In this document: piece after piece, positions 55,301 to 64,000 of the stretch
How positions within the stretch are numbered: the first letter of the stretch is position 1
Layout: each line of letters starts with the position of its first letter
Assembly: GCA_964057225.1 (NCBI GenBank)
Contig: OZ059898.1
Location: 21,452,001-21,516,000 of the forward strand
From: Auanema rhodensis
Lineage: Eukaryota; Animalia; Nematoda
Direction of reading: 5' to 3'
Length of the DNA: 64,000 nt
The notes under the pieces: generated by a model
Databases searched by the model: none
The model's input: only the letters and a program-made list of their open reading frames with translations
Told to the model about the DNA's origin: nothing
Program-made: the position numbers and the translations under genes

Positions 55301-58300
55301 CGTGTACATTTAATTAGCATAAATTAAAGTTCACGTAAATTTCAAAGTCATGGTGACCATGAACCAATATCAATAAAAATTTGTTTTTAGACTAATATGG
55401 ACATGGGGAATCTAATTTTGAAAACCGCATCTCTTTATCTTTCACGTGAAGCGAGTTACATACCAAGTGCACATCACGTGTACATTTAATTAGCATAAAT
55501 TAAAGTTCACGTAAATTTCAAAGTCATGGTTACCATGAACCAATATCAATAAAAATTTGTTTTTAGACTAATATGGACATGGGGAATCTAATTTTGAAAA
55601 CCGCATCTCTTTATCTTTCACGTGAAGCGAGTTACATACCAAGTGCACATCACGTGTACATTTAATTAGCATAAATTAAAGTTCACGTAAATTTCAAAGT
55701 CATGGTTACCATGAACCAATATCAATAAAAATTTGTTTTTAGACTAATATGGACATGGGGAATCTAATTTTGAAAACCGCATCTCTTTATCTTTCACGTG
55801 AAGCTAGTTACATACCAAGTGCACATCACGTGTACATTTAATTAGCATAAATTAAAGTTCACGTAAATTTCAAAGTCATGGTTACCATGAACCAATATCA
55901 ATAAAAATTTGTTTTTAGACTAATATGGACATGGGGAATCTAATTTTGAAAACCGCATCTCTTTATCTTTCACGTGAAGCGAGTTACATACCAAGTGCAC
56001 ATCACGTGTACATTCAATTAGCATAAATTAAAGTTCACGTAAATTTCAAAGTCATGGTTACCATGAACCAATATCAATAAAAATTTGTTTTTAAACTAAT
56101 ATAGACATGGGGAATCTAATTTTGAAAACCGCATCTCTTTATCTTTCACGTGAAGCGAGTTACATACCAAGTGCACATCACGTGTACATTTAATTAGCAT
56201 AAATTAAAGTTCACGTAAATTTCAAAGTCATGGTTACCATGCACCAATATCAATAAAAATTTGTTTTTAGACTAATATGGACATGAGGAATCTAATTTTG
56301 AAAACCGCATCTCTTTATCTTCCACGTGAAGCGAGTTACATACCAAGTGCACATCACGTGTACATTTAATTAGCATAAATTAAAGTTCACGTAAATTTCA
56401 AAGTCATGGTTACCATGAACCAATATCAATAAAAATTTGATTTTAGACTAATATGGACATGGGGAATCTAATTTTGAAAACCGCATCTCTTTATCTTTCA
56501 TGTGAAGCGAGTTACATACCAAGGGCACATCACGTGTACATTTAATTAGCATAAATTAAAGTTCACGTAAATTTCAAAGTCATGGTTACCATGCACCAAT
56601 ATCAATAAAAATTTGTTTTTAGACTAAAATGGACATGGGGAATCTAATTTTGAAAACCGCATCTCTTTATCTTTCACGTGAAGCGAGTTACATACCAAGT
56701 GCACATCACGTGTACATTTAATTAGCATAAATTAAAGTTCACGTAAATTTCAAAGTCATATTTACCATGCACCAATATCAATAAAAATTTGTTTTTAGAC
56801 TAATATGGACATGGGGAATCTAATTTTAAAACATCTCTTTATCTTTCACGTGAAGCGAGTTACATACCAAGTGCACATCACGTGTACATTTGATTAGCAT
56901 AAATTAAAGTACACGTAAATTTCAAAGTCATGGTTACCATGAACCAATATCAATAAAAATTTGTTTTTAGACTAATATGAACATGGGGAATCTAATTTTG
57001 AAAACCGCATCTCTTTATCTTTCACGTGAAGCGAGTTACATACCAAGTGCACATCATGTGTACATTTAATTAGCATAAATTAAAGTTCACGTAAATTTCA
57101 AAGTCATGGTTACCATGCACCAATATCAATAAAAATTTGTTTTTAGACTAATTTGGACATGGGGAATCTAATTTTGAAAACCGCATCTCTTTATCTTTCA
57201 CGTGAAGCGAGTTACATACCAAGTGCACATCACGTGTACATTTAATTAGCATAAATTAAAGTTCACGTAAATTTCAAAGTCATGGTTACCAGGCACCAAT
57301 ATCAATAAAAATTTGTTTTTAGACTAATATGGACATGGGGAATCTAATTGTGAAAACCGCATCTCTTCATCTTTCACGTGAAGCGAGTTACATACCAAGT
57401 GCACATCACGTGTACATTTAATTAGCATAAATTAAAGTTCACGTAAATTTCAAAGTCATGGTTACCAGGCACCAATATCAATAAAAATTTGTTTTTAGAC
57501 TAATATGGACATGGGGAATCTAATTGTGAAAACCGCATCTCTTCATCTTTCACGTGAAGCGAGTTACATACCAAGTGCACATCACGTGTACATTTAATTA
57601 GCATAAATTAAAGTTCACGTAAATTTCAAAGTCATGGTTACCATGAAGCAATATCAATAAAAATTTGTTTTTAGACTAATATGGACATGGGGAATCTAAT
57701 TTTGAAAACCGCATCTCTTCATCTTTCACGTGGAGCGAGTTACATACCAAGTGCACATCACGTGTACATTTAATTAGCATAAATTAAAGTTCACGTAAAT
57801 TTCAAAGTCATGGTTACCATGAACCAATATCAATAAAAATTTGTTTTTAGACTAATATGGACATGGGGAATCTAATTTTGAAAACCGCATCTCTTTATCT
57901 TTCACGTGAAGCGAGTTACATACCAAGTGCACATCACGTGTACATTTAATTAGCATAAATTAAAGTTCACGTAAATTTCAAAGTCATGGTGACCATGAAC
58001 CAATATCAATAAAAATTTGTTTTTAGACTAATATGGACATGGGGAATCTAATTTTGAAAACCGCATCTCTTTATCTTTCACGTGAAGCGAGTTACATACC
58101 AAGTGCACATCACGTGTACATTTAATTAGCATAAATTAAAGTTCACGTAAATTTCAAAGTCATGGTTACCATGAACCAATATCAATAAAAATTTGTTTTT
58201 AGACTAATATGGACATGGGGAATCTAATTTTGAAAACCGCATCTCTTTATCTTTCACGTGAAGCGAGTTACATACCAAGTGCACATCACGTGTACATTTA

Positions 58301-61300
58301 ATTAGCATAAATTAAAGTTCACGTAAATTTCAAAGTCATGGTTACCATGAACCAATATCAATAAAAATTTGTTTTTAGACTAATATGGACATGGGGAATC
58401 TAATTTTGGAAACCGCATCTCTTTATCTTTCACGTGAAGCGAGTCACATACCAAGTGCACATCACGTGTACATTTAATTAGCATAAATTAAAGTTCACGT
58501 ATATTTCAAAGTCATGGTTACCATGAACCAATATCAATAAAAATTTGTATTTAGACTAATATGGACATGAGGAATCTAATTTTGAAAACCGCATCTCTTT
58601 ATCTTTCACGTGAAGCGAGTTACATACCAAGTGCACATCACGTGTACATTTAATTAGCATAAATTAAAGTTCACGTAAATTTCAAAGTCATGGTTACCAT
58701 GAACCAATATCAATAAAAATTTGTTTTTAGACTAATATGGACATGGGGAATCTAATTTTGAAAACCGCATCTCTTTATCTTTCACGTGAAGCGAGTTACA
58801 TACCAAGTGCACATCACGTGTACATTTAATTAGCATAAATTAAAGTTCACGTAAATTTCAAAGTCATGGTGACCATGAACCAATATCAATAAAAATTTGT
58901 TTTTAGACTAATATGGACATGGGGAATCTAATTTTGAAAACCGCATCTCTTTATCTTTCACGTGAAGCGAGTAACATACCAAGTGCACATCACGTGTACA
59001 TTTAATTAGCATAAATTAAAGTTCACGTAAATTTCAAAGTCATGGTTACCATGAACCAATATCAATAAAAATTTGTATTTAGACTAATATGGACATGAGG
59101 AATCTAATTTTGAAAACCGCATCTCTTTATCTTTCACGTGAAGCGAGTTACATACCAAGTGCACATCACGTGTACATTTAATTAGCATAAATTAAAGTTC
59201 ACGTAAATTTGAAAGTCATGGTTACCATGAACCAATATCAATAAAAATTTGTTTTTAGACTAATATGGACATGGGGAATCTAATTTTGAAAACCGCATCT
59301 CTTTATCTTTCACGTGAAGCGAGTTACATACCAAGTGCACATCACGTGTACATTTGATTAGCATAAATTAAAGTACACGTAAATTTCAAAGTCATGGTTA
59401 CCATCAACCAATATCAATAAAAATTTGTTTTTAGACTAATATGAACATGGGGAATCTAATTTTGAAAACCGCATCTCTTTATCTTTCACGTGAAGCGAGT
59501 TACATACCAAGTGCACATCATGTGTACATTTAATTAGCATAAATTAAAGTTCACGTAAATTTCAAAGTCATGGTTACCATGCACCAATATCAATAAAAAT
59601 TTGTTTTTAGACTAATTTGGACATGGGGAATCTAATTTTGAAAACCGCATCTCTTTATCTTTCACGTGAAGCGAGTTACATACCAAGTGCACATCACGTG
59701 TACATTTAATTAGCATAAATTAAAGTTCACGTAAATTTCAAAGTCATGGTTACCAGGCACCAATATCAATAAAAATTTGTTTTTAGACTAAAATGGACAT
59801 GGGGAATCTAATTGTGAAAACCGCATCTCTTTATCTTTCACGTGAAGCGAGTTACATACCAAGTGCACATCACGTGTACATTTAGTTAGCATAAATTAAA
59901 GTTCACGTAAATTTCAAAGTCATGGTTACCATGAAGCAATATCAATAAAAATTTGTTTTTAGACTAATATGGACATGGGGAATCTAATTTTGAAAACCGC
60001 ATCTCTTTATCTTTCACGTGAAGCGAGTTACATACCAAGTGCACATCACGTGTACATTTAATTAGCATAAATTAAAGTTCACGTAAATTTCAAAGTCATG
60101 GTTACCATGAACCAATATCAATAAAAATTTGTTTTTAGACTAATATGGACATGGGGAATCTAATTTTGAAAACCGCATCTCTTTATCTTTCACGTGAAGC
60201 GAGTTACATACCAAGTGCACATCACGTGTACATTTAATTAGCATAAATTAAAGTTCACGTAAATTTCAAAGTCATGGTTACCATGAACCAATATCAATAA
60301 AAATTTGTTTTTAGACTAATATGGACATGGGGAATCTAATTTTGGAAACCGCATCTCTTTATCTTTCACGTGAAGCGAGTCACATACCAAGTGCACATCA
60401 CGTGTACATTTAATTAGCATAAATTAAAGTTCACGTAAATTTCAAAGTCATGGTTACCATGAACCAATATCAATAAAAATTTGTATTTAGACTAATATGG
60501 ACATGAGGAATCTAATTTTGAAAACCGCATCTCTTTATCTTTCACGTGAAGCGAGTTACATACCAAGTGCACATCACGTGTACATTTAATTAGCATAAAT
60601 TAAAGTTCACGTAAATTTCAAAGTCATGGTTACCATGAACCAATATCAATAAAAATTTGTTTTTAGACTAATATGGACATGGGGAATCTAATTTTGAAAA
60701 CCGCATCTCTTTATCTTTCACGTGAAGCGAGTTACATACCAAGTGCACATCACGTGTACATTTAATTAGCATAAATTAAAGTTCACGTAAATTTCAAAGT
60801 CATGGTGACCATGAACCAATATCAATAAAAATTTGTTTTTAGACTAATATGGACATGGGGAATCTAATTTTGAAAACCGCATCTCTTTATCTTTCACGTG
60901 AAGCGAGTTACATACCAAGTGCACATCACGTGTACATTTAATTAGCATAAATTAAAGTTCACGTAAATTTCAAAGTCATGGTTACCATGAACCAATATCA
61001 ATAAAAATTTGTATTTAGACTAATATGGACATGAGGAATCTAATTTTGAAAACCGCATCTCTTTATCTTTCACGTGAAGCGAGTTACATACCAAGTGCAC
61101 ATCACGTGTACATTTAATTAGCATAAATTAAAGTTCACGTAAATTTGAAAGTCATGGTTACCATGAACCAATATCAATAAAAATTTGTTTTTAGACTAAT
61201 ATGGACATGGGGAATCTAATTTTGAAAACCGCATCTCTTTATCTTTCACGTGAAGCGAGTTACATACCAAGTGCACATCACGTGTACATTTAATTAGCAT

Positions 61301-64000
61301 AAATTAAAGTTCACGTAAATTTCAAAGTCATGGTTACCAGGCACCAATATCAATAAAAATTTGTTTTTAGACTAATATGAACATGGGGAATCTAATTGTG
61401 AAAACCGCATCTCTTTATCTTTCACGTGAAGCGAGTTACATACCAAGTGCACATCACGTGTACATTTAATTAGCATAAATTAAAGTTCACGTAAATTTCA
61501 AAGTCATGGTTACCATGAAGCAATATCAATAAAAATTTGTTTTTAGACTAATATGGACATGGGGAATCTAATTTTGAAAACCGCATCTCTTTATCTTTCA
61601 CGTGAAACGAGTTACATACCAAGTGCACATCACGTGTACATTTAATTAGCATAAATTAAAGTTCACGTAAATTTCAAAGTCATGGTTACCATGAACCAAT
61701 ATCAATAAAAATTTGTATTTAGACTAATATGGACATGAGGAATCTAATTTTGAAAACCGCATCTCTTTATCTTTCACGTGAAGCGAGTTACATACCAAGT
61801 GCACATCACGTGTACATTTAATTAGCATAAATTAAAGTTCACGTAAATTTGAAAGTCATGGTTACCATGAACCAATATCAATAAAAATTTGTTTTTAGAC
61901 TAATATGGACATGGGGAATCTAATTTTGAAAACCGCATCTCTTTATCTTTCACGTGAAGCGAGTTACATACCAAGTGCACATCACGTGTACATTTGATTA
62001 GCATAAATTAAAGTACACGTAAATTTCAAAGTCATGGTTACCATGAACCAATATCAATAAAAATTTGTTTTTAGACTAATATGAACATGGGGAATCTAAT
62101 TTTGAAAACCGCATCTCTTTATCTTTCACGTGAAGCGAGTTACATACCAAGTGCACATCATGTGTACATTTAATTAGCATAAATTAAAGTTCACGTAAAT
62201 TTCAAAGTCATGGTTACCATGCACCAATATCAATAAAAATTTGTTTTTAGACTAATTTGGACATGGGGAATCTAATTTTGAAAACCGCATCTCTTTATCT
62301 TTCACGTGAAGCGAGTTACATACCAAGTGCACATCACGTGTACATTTAATTAGCATAAATTAAAGTTCACGTAAATTTCAAAGTCATGGTTACCAGGCAC
62401 CAATATCAATAAAAATTTGTTTTTAGACTAATATGGACATGGGGAATCTAATTGTGAAAACCGCATCTCTTTATCTTTCACGTGAAGCGAGTTACATACC
62501 AAGTGCACATCACGTGTACATTTAATTAGCATAAATTAAAGTTCACGTAAATTTCAAAGTCATGGTTACCATGAAGCAATATCAATAAAAATTTGTTTTT
62601 AGACTAATATGGACATGGGGAATCTAATTTTGAAAACCGCATCTCTTTATCTTTCACGTGAAGCGAGTTACATACCAAGTGCACATCACGTGTACATTTA
62701 ATTAGCATAAATTAAAGTTCACGTAAATTTCAAAGTCATGGTTACCATGAACCAATATCAATAAAAATTTGTTTTTAGACTAATATGGACATGGGGAATC
62801 TAATTTTGAAAACCGCATCTCTTTATCTTTCACGTGAAGCGAGTTACATACCAAGTGCACATCACGTGTACATTTAATTAGCATAAATTAAAGTTCACGT
62901 AAATTTCAAAGTCATGGTTACCATGAACCAATATCAATAAAAATTTGTTTTTAGACTAATATGGACATGGGGAATCTAATTTTGGAAACCGCATCTCTTT
63001 ATCTTTCACGTGAAGCGAGTCACATACCAAGTGCACATCACGTGTACATTTAATTAGCATAAATTAAAGTTCACGTAAATTTCAAAGTCATGGTTACCAT
63101 GAACCAATATCAATAAAAATTTGTATTTAGACTAATATGGACATGAGGAATCTAATTTTGAAAACCGCATCTCTTTATCTTTCACGTGAAGCGAGTTACA
63201 TACCAAGTGCACATCACGTGTACATTTAATTAGCATAAATTAAAGTTCACGTAAATTTCAAAGTCATGGTTACCATGAACCAATATCAATAAAAATTTGT
63301 ATTTAGACTAATATGGACATGAGGAATCTAATTTTGAAAACCGCATCTCTTTATCTTTCACGTGAAGCGAGTTACATACCAAGTGCACATCACGTGTACA
63401 TTTAATTAGCATAAATTAAAGTTCACGTAAATTTGAAAGTCATGGTTACCATGAACCAATATCAATAAAAATTTGTTTTTAGACTAATATGGACATGGGG
63501 AATCTAATTTTGAAAACCGCATCTCTTTATCTTTCACGTGAAGCGAGTTACATACCAAGTGCACATCACGTGTACATTTAATTAGCATAAATTAAAGTTC
63601 ACGTAAATTTCAAAGTCATGGTTACCAGGCACCAATATCAATAAAAATTTGTTTTTAGACTAATATGGACATGGGGAATCTAATTGTGAAAACCGCATCT
63701 CTTTATCTTTCACGTGAAGCGAGTTACATACCAAGTGCACATCACGTGTACATTTAATTAGCATAAATTAAAGTTCACGTAAATTTCAAAGTCATGGTTA
63801 CCATGAAGCAATATCAATAAAAATTTGTTTTTAGACTAATATGGACATGGGGAATCTAATTTTGAAAACCGCATCTCTTTATCTTTCACGTGAAACGAGT
63901 TACATACCAAGTGCACATCACGTGTACATTTAATTAGCATAAATTAAAGTTCACGTAAATTTCAAAGTCATGGTTACCATGAACCAATATCAATAAAAAT
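46341..64000. repeat. 176-bp tandem satellite array, right block (about 100 monomers, same orientation, runs off the window end)
   Basis: The same monomer resumes at GTGTACATTT (46341), the base immediately following the left breakpoint ...GCACATCAC (44909), so no satellite sequence is lost at the insertion. Confidence 0.99.
56800..64000. repeat. Imperfect 13-15-monomer higher-order repeat, about 3 copies; boundaries approximate
   Basis: The linked TTTGATT+AAGTACAC monomer occurs at 56892, 59356 and 61996 (offsets 14x176 and 15x176). GAGTCAC at 60381/63021 and TTGAAAGT at 59211/61851 are offset by 2640. GTGAAAC at 61607/63895 is offset by 2288 (13x176). Confidence 0.87.

Noticed and set aside
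1-64000. CRISPR array, or an RT-associated repeat system (retron, diversity-generating retroelement, RT-Cas1)
   Set aside because: The repeats are contiguous 176-mers without unique spacers. There are no cas or accessory genes and no template/variable repeat pair. The RT has LINE-type motifs and is 5'-truncated.

Overview
This window is eukaryotic satellite DNA, not a gene-rich region. About 98% is a head-to-tail, single-orientation array of a 176-bp AT-rich monomer (about 32% GC, roughly 355 copies, only a few differences per copy). The array shows local multi-monomer duplications with periods of 7, 9, 10, 13-15, 23 and 24-26 monomers and a recurrent 169-bp deletion variant. It is interrupted once, at 44910-46340 (1431 bp), by a 5'-truncated non-LTR retrotransposon, most likely CR1-group. 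That insertion has a stop-free C-terminal ORF2 frame (QGTVLGPLLF...FADD...RPILEY...VWSP), a ~480-bp 3' UTR with a predicted stem-loop, no poly(A) tail and at most a 2-bp target duplication. It sits at the centre of a CACGTG palindrome and begins with a perfect 43-bp inverted duplication of its own 5' end, which is the most unusual feature here. The monomer is rich in dyad symmetry and carries three CACGT cores spaced 32-33 bp apart. I see no evidence for a novel multi-gene system, and the host species cannot be determined from this sequence alone.
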